Virus record (IMG/VR): IMGVR_UViG_3300036770_007174
Coordinates: 28,336-92,335 of that record
Direction: 5' to 3' (one strand)
Length of the DNA stretch: 64,000 nucleotides
Origin: a virus
Part shown: in pieces, positions 38,745 through 48,011 of the stretch
Numbering within the stretch: the stretch's first letter is position 1
Layout of the letters: each line of letters starts with the position of its first letter
Notes under the pieces: generated by a model
What the model was told of the DNA's origin: nothing
What the model saw: only the letters and a program-made list of their open reading frames with translations
Databases searched by the model: none
Made by a program: the position numbers and the translations under genes

Positions 38745-39560
38745 TCAGTGGGCGATGGCGTAAACGGTGTAGGAGCCCTTCGCCCCCTCCTTGTTGGGCC
38801 CGACCATCCGCACTCGCTCCAGGGTGCTGACCTGAACACCCTTCTTCTTCAACCCGGCCAGGAAGCCGCGGACCGTATGGCTGGCCCAGCCGGTCGCCTC
38901 GGCGATCTGCGCGACCGTGGCGCCTTCCTCTCGGCGCAGCATCTCCAACACCGCCTGCTGCTTTGTGCCCTCGCGCGGCTTGCGCGGGGCGCCGGGGTTG
39001 CTGGCGGGGCGGCCCGACTTGGTGGCCAGGGCGGCGCGAAGGGCATCCATCGGGGCCTCGAGGGCTGCGATGATGTCCGACTCGCGGTTGGCCTCATTCA
39101 TCCAGGCGGCCAGCACCGCCGCGGCGGCGTCGCGCAGGCTGGCGCGCGGGGCGGGCACGGGTGCGCCCTGGGCGGCTTCCAGGGCGTCGGCCACCGCGAG
39201 GGCTTCTGCCAGCACCGAAGCCGCGTCCGGCGCCGTGGGCGCGTCCGTGGCGGGGGTGTCAGTCTCGTCGTCCTCGGCCGGCTCGCTGCCCGGGGGGGCC
39301 ATGTTCAGAGCGCGGAAGCCGTCGTCGGTCATGCGAAGCCCTATGCTGCAGCGCAGGTCGGCGTCGCTCTCGTCCGTCCGCCACGCCAGGGGGTGATTGA
39401 GTGCGACCGCGTCCTCGATCAGCAGCCCCTGCTTGAGCAGGCTGCGCACCACCGCGTTGCGCGCGGCGGCGAGCAGGTGGTTGGGGGGCTCGACCAGCCG
39501 GTCGTCGCGGGTGGCGGCCTTGTTGAGTAGGACCAGGGCGGTGTCGGAAAGCTTGGCCAT
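38745..39560 (-). CDS. DUF3489 domain protein
   Basis: KLSDT..., PREGTKQ..V.EMLRR.EGAT...TGW..HTVRG. Confidence 0.85.
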   Translation of the reverse strand: MAKLSDTALVLLNKAATRDDRLVEPPNHLLAAARNAVVRSLLKQGLLIEDAVALNHPLAWRTDESDADLRCSIGLRMTDDGFRALNMAPPGSEPAEDDETDTPATDAPTAPDAASVLAEALAVADALEAAQGAPVPAPRASLRDAAAAVLAAWMNEANRESDIIAALEAPMDALRAALATKSGRPASNPGAPRKPREGTKQQAVLEMLRREEGATVAQIAEATGWASHTVRGFLAGLKKKGVQVSTLERVRMVGPNKEGAKGSYTVYAIAH

Positions 39561-39658
39561 TGGGGTTCTCCCTCTCGCGCCCCTGACCACCAGGGGCTGC
39601 TACTGCCTGGAGCCCCGCCGGGCGGAACCCGGTCGGGGCGGTGGCGGAGGGAGGCGCG

Positions 39659-40030
39659 TCAGTCGGCGGTGCTGGCCTCGATCTCGGCGTGGATGGCGAA
39701 GCCAGTGAGGTAGGGCAGCCCGCGGGGGATGCCGGTCTCGTGGGCGGTGCGGGCGCTGATGCGCCAAGCCATCCACCGCGCGGTGGCGGCCTCGATCGCG
39801 TCCGCGATCACCTTGCCCGTGGCCAGCTCGTTGGCGACGTCGTCGGCGAACTGGCGGCCATGGCGGCTGTCCAGGAAGGCGGCCACCGTCTCGGCGGGGA
39901 GCTGCGTGGCGTCGCTGATGGTGTTGATGGCGATGGGCCAGGCGATCTCGGGGTCACCCTGGTGGTTGATCGTGCCGTAGAAGCCCCAGTCCTTGTTCTT
40001 GCTCTTGGGGGCGGTGTTGTTGCTGGCCAT
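39659..40030 (-). CDS. Conserved phage hypothetical protein
   Basis: WGFYGT, FLDSRHGRQFADDV, GIPRGLPYLTG; AGGAG RBS. Confidence 0.7.
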   Translation of the reverse strand: MASNNTAPKSKNKDWGFYGTINHQGDPEIAWPIAINTISDATQLPAETVAAFLDSRHGRQFADDVANELATGKVIADAIEAATARWMAWRISARTAHETGIPRGLPYLTGFAIHAEIEASTAD

Positions 40031-40206
40031 CTGTGCTGCTCCTGCCTGGCGGGGCTTGGTCCCCTGCGCGTGATGGACACTTCGCGCTGGGGCGCGGCAG
40101 AGCCAACTCAGAATGTGCGCAGAATGATTGCTATCTGCGGCGCTGGCCGATCACATCGTGACGCAGGCAGCATCATCGCTTGATCGAGCGGCGGGAGGTC
40201 GCCGCC

Positions 40207-40746
40207 ATGCCGGAATTCACCCCGTCCACGCGAGAACTGGCCCGCCGCATCGGCGTCACTGAGACCGCCCTGCGCAAGGCAGAAGCCAAGGGCCGCATCG
40301 AGCGCGAGCCGGATGGCCAGTGGGATGTGGAGAAGACCCGCCGCCGGATGATCGAGACCGCGGACCCGGTGCGGTCGCCCCTGGCCGGTGCGGTGGGGGC
40401 TGGCACGACGCAGGCCGGGTTGTCGGGCGATGCCACGCCCTATGCCCGGCTGCGCGTTGCCCAACTGGCGCTCAAGGTTGAAGCCCAGCGCATGGCGCTG
40501 GATGAAGACAAAGGCCGGCTGCTTGACGCGGCGGCGGCCAATGCCGCCATCGACGAGATTGCCGGCGCCATGCGGGACGCGCTGCTGAACTGGCCCGCCC
40601 GGGTGTCCGGCCTGATCGCCGCCGACCTCGGGGTGGAGCCGCACCTGGTGCAGACCGTGCTGCAGCAGCACGTCGCCGATCTATTGACGGAGGCCGCAGA
40701 TCGCTTCGATCCCCCAGGCCTCGGAAACCGCGGCGCGGACCGCTGA
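40207..40746 (+). CDS. Terminase small subunit (Nu1-like)
   Basis: N-terminal wHTH (RELARRIGVTETALRKA..GRI), coiled coil, RDALLNWPAR; precedes the large subunit. Confidence 0.8.
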   Translation: MPEFTPSTRELARRIGVTETALRKAEAKGRIEREPDGQWDVEKTRRRMIETADPVRSPLAGAVGAGTTQAGLSGDATPYARLRVAQLALKVEAQRMALDEDKGRLLDAAAANAAIDEIAGAMRDALLNWPARVSGLIAADLGVEPHLVQTVLQQHVADLLTEAADRFDPPGLGNRGADR

Positions 40747-40771
40747 GCATGTCCGGCGTCGCGCAGGCGCC

Positions 40772-42670
40772 ATGCTGCGTCCACCGCCGCAACTCACAGT
40801 CAGCCAATGGGCCGATCAGCACCGGGTGCTGAGCACCCGCGCCTCGTCGGAGCCGGGGCCGTGGCGCACATCGCGGACCCCATATCTCCGGGACATCATG
40901 GATGCGCTCTCCGCGGTGCATCCCGCCCGGCGCGTGGTGTTCATGAAAGGCGCGCAGGTCGGCGCTTCCGAAGGGGGCAATTGCTGGTTGGGCTACATCA
41001 TGCACCACGTCCCGGCGCCGGTGCTGGCGGTGCAGCCAACCGTGGAACTGGCCAAGCGGTTCAGCCGGCAGAGGATCGATCCCCTGTTGGAGGAGACGCC
41101 CGCCCTGCGCGAGCGGGTGGCGCCGGCGCGGGCCAGGGACAGCGGCAACACCATGCTGTCCAAGGAGTTCCCGGGCGGCATTCTGGTGCTGACCGGCGCC
41201 AACTCGGCGGTGGGGCTGCGCTCGATGACGGCGCGGTTCCTGTTCCTCGACGAGGTCGATGCCTATCCCGGCGACGTCGAAGGAGAAGGCGACCCCATCG
41301 CTCTGGCCGAGGCCCGCGCTCGAACCTTCGGCTGGCGGCGCAAGGCGTATCTGGTCTCGACACCGACCATCGCCGGGCGCAGCCGGATCGAGCGGGAGTA
41401 TCAGGCCAGCGACCAGCGGCGGTTCTTCGTGCCGTGCCCGCACTGCCATGCGATGCAGTGGCTTCGGTTCGAGCGGCTGATCTGGGAGAAGGGCAACCCG
41501 GCCTCAGCGGTCTATCACTGCGAGGCCTGCGACACGCCGATCGGCGAGCACCACAAGACGGCGATGCTGGCCGACGGCGAGTGGCGCGCGACGGCGGAGG
41601 CGTCCGACCCGCACACGGTCGGTTACCACATCTCGGCGCTCTACTCGCCGGTAGGCTGGCTTTCGTGGGAGCAGATCGCGCGGGACTGGGAGGCGGCGCA
41701 GGGCAAGGCGGAGGACCTCAAGACCTTCCGCAACACCGTGCTGGGCGAGACCTGGCAGGAGCACGGCGAGGCGCCCGATTGGGAGCGGCTGGTCGAGCGG
41801 CGGGAGGATTTCCCGCTCGCCACCGTCCCACCGGGCGTGCTGGTGCTCACCGCCGGAGTTGACGCGCAGGACGACCGCATCGAGGTCGATGTGTGGGGCT
41901 GGGCCGAGGGATACACGTCCTGGCTCATCGACCATGTGGTGATTGCCGGCAGTCCGCGGGAGCGGGCGCCGTGGGACGAGCTGGCGAAGCTACTGGCGCG
42001 GGACTGGCCACGCGGCGGAGGCGGGATGCGCATCGCCAAGGTCTGCGTCGACACCGGCGGCCGGGACACGGCGTCGGTCTATGGCCACCTGCGCCATCTC
42101 CGGGATCCGCGCATTGCGCCGACCAAGGGCGTGGAGGGCTGGAACCGAGCACAGCCGGTGCAGGGACCGACGCTCGTGGACGCCCTGGTGAACGGCCAGA
42201 AGTTGCGCCGCGGGTTGAAGCTCTGGACGGTATCGGTCTCGACCTGGAAGGCGGACCTGTATCGCCGGCTCTGGCTCGGACGCGGCGACGCGGACGAGTT
42301 CCCCGAGGGTTGGGTGCATCTGCCGCGGGGGATTGAAGTCGAATGGGTGAAGCAGCTGGTCGCCGAGCAACTGCGCTCGACAAAGGACCGGCGAGGCTTC
42401 GCCCGGCAGGAGTGGTCGAAGCTCCGGGAGCGGAACGAGGCGCTGGATTGCGCGGTGCTGGCGCGCGCCGCGCTATGGCTGCTCGGTGCCGATCGCTACG
42501 GCGAGCGGTTCTGGCAGCGGTTGCGGGAGGAACTGGCTGATGCTCCGGTGCTGGTGCACCAGCTTCCCGCCGCTGAGAAGCAAGCAGTGCCGGCCCCGCT
42601 GGCACCCAGCAACGCGCAGCCGATGCGACCGCGCAACTGGCTTGGTGCTCGCTCCGGCTGGCTGCGCTGA
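40772..42670 (+). CDS. terL: Terminase large subunit, lambda GpA family
   Basis: TPYL, KGAQVGASE, LDEVD, STPT, VPCPHC, AGVD, DTGG, NEALD. Confidence 0.95.
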   Translation: MLRPPPQLTVSQWADQHRVLSTRASSEPGPWRTSRTPYLRDIMDALSAVHPARRVVFMKGAQVGASEGGNCWLGYIMHHVPAPVLAVQPTVELAKRFSRQRIDPLLEETPALRERVAPARARDSGNTMLSKEFPGGILVLTGANSAVGLRSMTARFLFLDEVDAYPGDVEGEGDPIALAEARARTFGWRRKAYLVSTPTIAGRSRIEREYQASDQRRFFVPCPHCHAMQWLRFERLIWEKGNPASAVYHCEACDTPIGEHHKTAMLADGEWRATAEASDPHTVGYHISALYSPVGWLSWEQIARDWEAAQGKAEDLKTFRNTVLGETWQEHGEAPDWERLVERREDFPLATVPPGVLVLTAGVDAQDDRIEVDVWGWAEGYTSWLIDHVVIAGSPRERAPWDELAKLLARDWPRGGGGMRIAKVCVDTGGRDTASVYGHLRHLRDPRIAPTKGVEGWNRAQPVQGPTLVDALVNGQKLRRGLKLWTVSVSTWKADLYRRLWLGRGDADEFPEGWVHLPRGIEVEWVKQLVAEQLRSTKDRRGFARQEWSKLRERNEALDCAVLARAALWLLGADRYGERFWQRLREELADAPVLVHQLPAAEKQAVPAPLAPSNAQPMRPRNWLGARSGWLR

Positions 42671-42681
42671 GGAGCACCATC

Positions 42682-42915
42682 ATGAACCCAGATGCACTGG
42701 CGTGGGCCATCGCCCAACCCATCGGCAACCGCTGGCGCGGCCTAGTCGATGCCTACACCGGCGGCACCACCCGCGTCACCTTCGAGGGCCGCACCGTCGA
42801 GTATCGGTCGCTTGCCGAGATCGCCCAGGCGCTGGCCGCCGGCTATGCCGCCGAGAACCAGGCGCAACGCCGTCCCTGCGTGACCCTGGCCCGCTTCACC
42901 CGCGACGGCGGCTGA
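42682..42915 (+). CDS. Head completion protein (gpW-like)
   Basis: G..RV.FEGRTVEYRS; located between terminase and portal. Confidence 0.8.
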   Translation: MNPDALAWAIAQPIGNRWRGLVDAYTGGTTRVTFEGRTVEYRSLAEIAQALAAGYAAENQAQRRPCVTLARFTRDGG

Positions 42916-42933
42916 CTGACTGGAGACCACCGC

Positions 42934-43113
42934 ATGTCGGAGGACGATGTCGCGCAGAAACTCGCCGTGCACGAGGCAATCTGCGCCGAGCGCTGGAAGC
43001 AGGCCGAGGGGCGTCTCAAGCGGATCGAGCTCGTGCTGATCGCCATCGTCTTCCTGCTGCTGCTCGGCGAAGACACGGCGCTCGAGGTCGTGAAGCGACT
43101 CGTGGCGAAGTAG
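42934..43113 (+). CDS. 59-aa single-TM protein (HEAICAERW motif), possibly lysis-related
   Basis: Not in the ORF track. GGAG RBS; MSEDDVAQKLAVHEAICAERWKQAEGRLKRIELVLIAIVFLLLLGEDTALEVVKRLVAK. Confidence 0.65.
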   Translation: MSEDDVAQKLAVHEAICAERWKQAEGRLKRIELVLIAIVFLLLLGEDTALEVVKRLVAK

Positions 43114-43130
43114 GGGACGAGATAGCGGCA

Positions 43131-43247
43131 TCAGCCGCGGAACAAGTACTTCAACAGCGCCGCAATGGCCACGATGATTAGGATGAGGACGAGGATACCC
43201 ACAAGGCCCATTCCCCAACCCGCATGGCCGTCCATCATCTGATACAT
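43131..43247 (-). CDS. 38-aa membrane peptide (antisense moron)
   Basis: MYQMMDGHAGWGMGLVGILVLILIIVAIAALLKYLFRG; lower GC than flanks. Confidence 0.55.
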   Translation of the reverse strand: MYQMMDGHAGWGMGLVGILVLILIIVAIAALLKYLFRG

Positions 43248-43394
43248 TTCGATCCATCTCCGGGCGCTGAGTTGAGGTCTGACTGTGAGCAGCACAGGAC
43301 CCGACGGCAAGAATATTTCTGTGCTCTCGATGAACACTTTCACCGGAGGCGAGATGACCCTCTCTTGCGCTGGCGGGCTTCCATGAGATCAGGA

Positions 43395-44873
43395 ATGAGC
43401 GGACGCCTCCGCGAGGCCTGGCGCGCTCTGCGTGGCTACGCTGCAGCCCAGGACGCCCGCGCGTCCACCTGGGCGGCCTCCGGTGGCAGCGCCAACAGCG
43501 AGGTGGCGAGCGCATCGAGCACCATTACCCGCCGCGCCCGCGATGCCGTCCGGAATGACCCCTACGCCGCCCGTATTATCGACCTCTGGACCGGCAACGC
43601 CGTCGGCGCCGGTATCACCACCCGCTGGCCCGACAAGAAGCACGCCGATGCCTGGCGGCGATGGGCCGAGAGCACCGCCTGCGACGCCGAGGGACGACTC
43701 GACCTCTATGGGCTGCAGGCGCTGGTGATGCGCTCCGTGGTCGAGAGCGGTGAATGCCTGGTTCGGCTGCTCACCAGCGAGCCGACATCCGTCAACCCCA
43801 TTGGCCTGCGGTTGCAGGTGCTGGAGAGCGACCATCTCGACGCCAGCCGGACCGGCACGATCGGCGGCGCTATCACTGTGCAGGGCATTAGCCTCGATGC
43901 CACCGGCGCACCGGCAGCGTACTGGCTGTTCCCGCAGCATCCGGGCGCCAGCTGGTATCTGGCTGGCATGAGCCAGAGCAGCGTGCCGATCCCTGCCAGC
44001 GAGGTACTGCACATCTATCGCAAGCGCAGACCCGGTCAGCTACGCGACGTGTCCTGGCTGGCACCGATCTTGCTGCGGCTGCGCGACCTCGGCGACTACG
44101 AGGCCGCCCTGTTGATGAAGGCCAAGATCGAGGCGTGCCTCGCCGCCGTGGTGACGGAGGAGGGTGATGAGGTGCTCACCGGTCCCGCGGCGGGTCTGCT
44201 GAAGGACGCGCAGGGCCGCACGGTAGAAGCCTTCGAGCCGGGGATGATCCTGTATCGCCGCGGCAGCGGCAGCGTCGAAGTGGTCAACCCATCCGGCGGT
44301 GGCAGCCACACCGCCTTCGCGCGGCGGGCGCTGGAAGCGGCCTCGGTCGGCGCCGGACTGACCTACGATCAAGTGTCCGGCGACCTCACGGCCGCCAACT
44401 ACTCCAGCCTGCGGGCGGGCAAGATCGAGTTCCGCCGGCTTTGCGAGCAGGTGCAGTACGGCATGCTGATCCCGATGCTGGTGCGGCCCATCGCCGACCG
44501 TTTTCATCAGCAGGGTGCGCTGCTGGGCCTTTGGGGCGCGGAGATGCCGCCCGATTTCGCGCATGTCCCACCGGCGCACGAGATGATCGATCCGCTGAAG
44601 GACACCACGGCGTTGATCGCCCAGGTGCGCGCCGGCTTCGTGCCGCAGCCCGAGGCTGTGGGCTCCTTCGGCTACGACTTCCGCCAGGCGGTGGAGATGA
44701 TCCGCGAGGCCAATGGACTGCTCGACGACGCCGGTATCTCGCTCGACAGCGATCCCCGCCGCGTCGCCAAGTCGGGATCCGCGCAGGACGCGGCCCAAAT
44801 GGCGGCCATCGAGATCGCCGCGACAGGTGCCGCGATGCCGGCGCAGACGCAGGCCCCGCAACCTCAAGGCTGA
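43395..44873 (+). CDS. Portal protein, lambda family
   Basis: RARD.VRND, ESGE, RPGQLR..S, SGDL...NYSS.R.G, IDPLKD. Confidence 0.93.
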   Translation: MSGRLREAWRALRGYAAAQDARASTWAASGGSANSEVASASSTITRRARDAVRNDPYAARIIDLWTGNAVGAGITTRWPDKKHADAWRRWAESTACDAEGRLDLYGLQALVMRSVVESGECLVRLLTSEPTSVNPIGLRLQVLESDHLDASRTGTIGGAITVQGISLDATGAPAAYWLFPQHPGASWYLAGMSQSSVPIPASEVLHIYRKRRPGQLRDVSWLAPILLRLRDLGDYEAALLMKAKIEACLAAVVTEEGDEVLTGPAAGLLKDAQGRTVEAFEPGMILYRRGSGSVEVVNPSGGGSHTAFARRALEAASVGAGLTYDQVSGDLTAANYSSLRAGKIEFRRLCEQVQYGMLIPMLVRPIADRFHQQGALLGLWGAEMPPDFAHVPPAHEMIDPLKDTTALIAQVRAGFVPQPEAVGSFGYDFRQAVEMIREANGLLDDAGISLDSDPRRVAKSGSAQDAAQMAAIEIAATGAAMPAQTQAPQPQG

Positions 44874-44877
44874 CACC

Positions 44878-46989
44878 ATGACCGAACCCATCGAACCGGG
44901 CGGGAGCGATCCCGCACCGGTGACGACGCATGCCAATCGACTTCCCACCGATGGGCAGTCGATCACCGCCGCCCGCGCTCTCTCGGCACCGGCGACCGTC
45001 AACCGCGCCGCGCGCACCGTCGAGGTGGTGTGGTCCACAGGCGCCCGTGCCCGCAACTTCGTCCCACCCCTTGGCCTGATCACCGAGGAACTCGACATGT
45101 CGCCCAACGCGGTGCGCATGCAGGGGCTGCGAGATGGCGGGACCCCGGTGCTCAACACCCACCGCAGTGGTGATGCCCGCGACGTCGTGGGACGCGTGAT
45201 CGCCGCGCGGCTGGAAGCCGGCCGCGGCATTGCCACGCTGCAGTTCTCGTCCGCGGCCGATGTCGAGCCGCTGTGGCAGCGCATCGCCGACGGCACGCTG
45301 CGCAGCGTCAGCGTCGGCTATCGCGTGCACCGCTACGAGCCGATCCCGGATTCGGTCGCCGGCACCGTACATCGCGCCGTCGATTGGGAGCCCTACGAGA
45401 TCTCCGTTGTCCCGCTGCCGGTCGATCCAGCCGCCGCCGTGCGCGGCGCCAGTGACACCCCGCCCATGCCGGCCATCGAGCCGGTCATCCCCGATCCCGC
45501 CCTCACGATCACCCAGGAGACGACCATGCCGGACCCGGCAGACGCCGCGCCGACCACCACTGCCACTGGCCAGGAGGCCAATCCGACCATGCCCCCCAAC
45601 ACTGCGACTGCACCCACGGCGTCGGCGGCCCCGGCCACGACGTCGCCCCCGGCGCCCGACCTCGATGCCATCCGTGCCGAGGCCGATCGCGCTGCCACCG
45701 AGCGCATCGCCAGCTATGACCCCGTGCTCACCGCCGCCCGCGGCCTGCTGCCGGACGAGCAGATCGATGCCCAGCGCCAGGCCGCCATCCGCGAGCGGAT
45801 CTCCACTGACGTGCTGCGGGGCCGGTTGTGGGATGCCTTCGCCCGGCAGGGGCGGAGCACGCCGCCGACGCTGCCGGCCAATCCGGCTGCAGGTCCGGGC
45901 GCCCAGGACCCCGAGAGCGTCCGCGACGCCATGGCCGAGGCGCTGGCCGTGCGCGCCATGCCCGGCTACCAGCCGGCCGGCGGGGCAGCGGGACGCCACA
46001 GCGAGTTCCTCGGCTGGCGCCCCTCCGACATGGTGCGGGAACTGCTGACGCTGCGCGGCGAGCGCCAGGTGCCGCGCGATCCCGTCCGTCTCGCCGAGCG
46101 TGCCTTCCACACCACCAGCGACTTCCCGGCCCTGCTCTCGGCCGCGGCCAACAAGATGCTGCTCGCCGCCTACGCGCCGGCCGCCCCCAGCTACCGCCAG
46201 GTCTTCCTGCGGCGCGACTTCCGCGACTTCAAGCCGCACCGCCACCTGCGGATCGGCGACTTCCCAGTGCTCCAGCCGCTGCTGGAGAACGGCGAGATCC
46301 AGGCCGGTACCATGTCCGAGAGCCAGGAGATCGTGCTGCTGCAGACCTTCGCCCGGCGCATTCGCGTGACCCGGCAGATGCTGGTCAACGACGACCTGGG
46401 TGCGTTCACCGATTTCGCCGCGATGATCGGCCGGCGCGTCGCCGACTTCGAGAATGCCACCGCCTATGGGCTGATGAACCTCGCCAACGGCGACGGTCCG
46501 ACGTTGCTCACCGGCAGCGCACCGGTGTTCGCCACCGCGGCGACGCGGGCCAACAAGGCGGCCTCCGGCACGGCGCTGGACGAGACCAACATCGGCAAGG
46601 GCCGCGAGGCGATCATGAAGCAGCGCTCGCTCGACGGGCTGCCGATCGCGCTCGGCCGCAGCATGCGCGTGCTGGTGGGGCCGGCGCTCGAACTCGCGGC
46701 GCTGAGGCTGACCACCTCGATCACCCCGGCGAACTCCGGCAGCGTGAACCCCTATGTCGGGCTGCTGCAGCCGGTGGTGGAGCCGCTGATCCCGGCCAAC
46801 CGCTGGTATCTCTTCGCCGAGCCCCCGACGACGCCGGTCTATGTCTACGGCTACCTCAATGGCGCCGAGGGGCCGCAGGTCACCACCGGCCCCGTCTCGG
46901 GCGTCGATGGCGTCGAAGTGTCGGTGATCTTCGACTTCGGGGTGGGTGCCATCGACTGGCGCGGCGCCTGGTTCAACCCCGGCACCTGA
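44878..46989 (+). CDS. Prohead protease / major capsid protein fusion
   Basis: N-terminal protease (LNTH, VSVGY, WEPYEISVVP), Pro/Ala/Thr linker, capsid part (TTSDFP, DFK, NDDLGAF, DFG.GAIDWRG). Confidence 0.92.
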   Translation: MTEPIEPGGSDPAPVTTHANRLPTDGQSITAARALSAPATVNRAARTVEVVWSTGARARNFVPPLGLITEELDMSPNAVRMQGLRDGGTPVLNTHRSGDARDVVGRVIAARLEAGRGIATLQFSSAADVEPLWQRIADGTLRSVSVGYRVHRYEPIPDSVAGTVHRAVDWEPYEISVVPLPVDPAAAVRGASDTPPMPAIEPVIPDPALTITQETTMPDPADAAPTTTATGQEANPTMPPNTATAPTASAAPATTSPPAPDLDAIRAEADRAATERIASYDPVLTAARGLLPDEQIDAQRQAAIRERISTDVLRGRLWDAFARQGRSTPPTLPANPAAGPGAQDPESVRDAMAEALAVRAMPGYQPAGGAAGRHSEFLGWRPSDMVRELLTLRGERQVPRDPVRLAERAFHTTSDFPALLSAAANKMLLAAYAPAAPSYRQVFLRRDFRDFKPHRHLRIGDFPVLQPLLENGEIQAGTMSESQEIVLLQTFARRIRVTRQMLVNDDLGAFTDFAAMIGRRVADFENATAYGLMNLANGDGPTLLTGSAPVFATAATRANKAASGTALDETNIGKGREAIMKQRSLDGLPIALGRSMRVLVGPALELAALRLTTSITPANSGSVNPYVGLLQPVVEPLIPANRWYLFAEPPTTPVYVYGYLNGAEGPQVTTGPVSGVDGVEVSVIFDFGVGAIDWRGAWFNPGT

Positions 46990-47042
46990 GCCTGCGCCGG
47001 CAACGCCCGGCTGATCCTCATCTCCATCCTCATCGTCACGCG

Positions 47043-47075
47043 GACGGGCGGCCTTCGGGTCGCCCGTCGCGTTTT
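47043..47075 (+). terminator. Rho-independent terminator after the capsid gene
   Basis: GACGGGCGGCC-TTCG-GGTCGCCCGTC followed by GCGTTTT. Confidence 0.7.
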
Positions 47076-47089
47076 CGGAGTGTCTCAGC

Positions 47090-47431
47090 ATGAAGAACTT
47101 CGTCCAGCCGGGCCTCTCGGTCTCGCTGCCCATGCCGTACGACCGCACCTCTGGCCAAGGCGTGCTCGTCGGTGCCCTGTTCGGTGTCGTCGCGGTCGAT
47201 GCGCTTTCCGGTGTCACCGCCGATGTCGCGGTGAACGGCGTGTTCGATATCACCAAGGAGGCGCCGCTGGTGATTGCCGTCGGCGCCCGGGTGTTCTGGG
47301 ACAATACCAACCGCCGGGTCACCACCACCGCCACCGGCAACGTCGCCATCGGCCATGCCGTCGCCGCTGCGGCGTCGGCCGACACCACGGTGCGGGTCCG
47401 TCTCTCCGGCTCCACCGCGGCAGGCACCTGA
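47090..47431 (+). CDS. DUF2190 capsid cement/decoration protein
   Basis: MKNFVQPG, SGQGVLVG.LFGV, GVF, V.WDNT. Confidence 0.88.
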   Translation: MKNFVQPGLSVSLPMPYDRTSGQGVLVGALFGVVAVDALSGVTADVAVNGVFDITKEAPLVIAVGARVFWDNTNRRVTTTATGNVAIGHAVAAAASADTTVRVRLSGSTAAGT

Positions 47432-47457
47432 CGCCGCCTCACCTCAGGAACCCCGCC

Positions 47458-47634
47458 ATGACCTATCTGATCGCCCGCTTCCGCGAGGCCAGCACCTATG
47501 GTGCGCTCACCGGCGTCTTCGCCGCGCTCGGCCTGCATTTCGATCCCGGCGTGATGCAGAACATCACCCTCATCGGCACTGGCATCGCCGGCCTGCTCGG
47601 CATCCTGCTCCGCGACCGGGGGGCCGGCGCATGA
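47458..47634 (+). CDS. Putative holin (2 TM)
   Basis: 58 aa, RFREASTY + two hydrophobic segments; overlaps the endolysin start. Confidence 0.65.
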   Translation: MTYLIARFREASTYGALTGVFAALGLHFDPGVMQNITLIGTGIAGLLGILLRDRGAGA

Positions 47635-48011
47635 TGACGGCCCGCGACAAGGCCCGGCTCGCCGGCGTGCATCCCGACCTGGTGGCCGTCGTCGAGGCGG
47701 CGCGCCAGCTTCTGCCCTTCATCGTGGTGGAGGGGATGCGCACGCGCGAGCGCCAGGCCCAGCTGGTGAAGGCCGGCGCCAGCCGAACGATGGACAGCCG
47801 CCACCTCACCGGTCACGCCGTCGATCTCGCCCCGACGGTGGCAGGCAAGGTCCGCTGGGATTGGCCGTTATTTTTTCCTATGGCCAAGGCGATGAAGGAC
47901 GCGGCCCAGGCCCGCGGCGTTGCCCTGGTCTGGGGTGGCGACTGGCCGAAGTTCCGCGACGGTCCGCACTTCGAACTCAACCGCGATGCCTATCCGGCGG
48001 GGAGGGGCTGA
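47631..48011 (+). CDS. Endolysin, M15 (L-Ala-D-Glu) peptidase
   Basis: LAGVHPDL, EGMRT.ERQ, SRHLTGHAVD, WGGDW..FRDGPHFEL. Confidence 0.92.
   Translation: MMTARDKARLAGVHPDLVAVVEAARQLLPFIVVEGMRTRERQAQLVKAGASRTMDSRHLTGHAVDLAPTVAGKVRWDWPLFFPMAKAMKDAAQARGVALVWGGDWPKFRDGPHFELNRDAYPAGRG

Noticed and set aside
44386-47538. 1050-aa minus-strand ORF and other long antisense/alternate-frame ORFs (e.g. 49894-52536, 52380-54773)
   Set aside because: Shadow ORFs of high-GC phage genes; low-complexity Arg/Gly/Ala content and no motifs.
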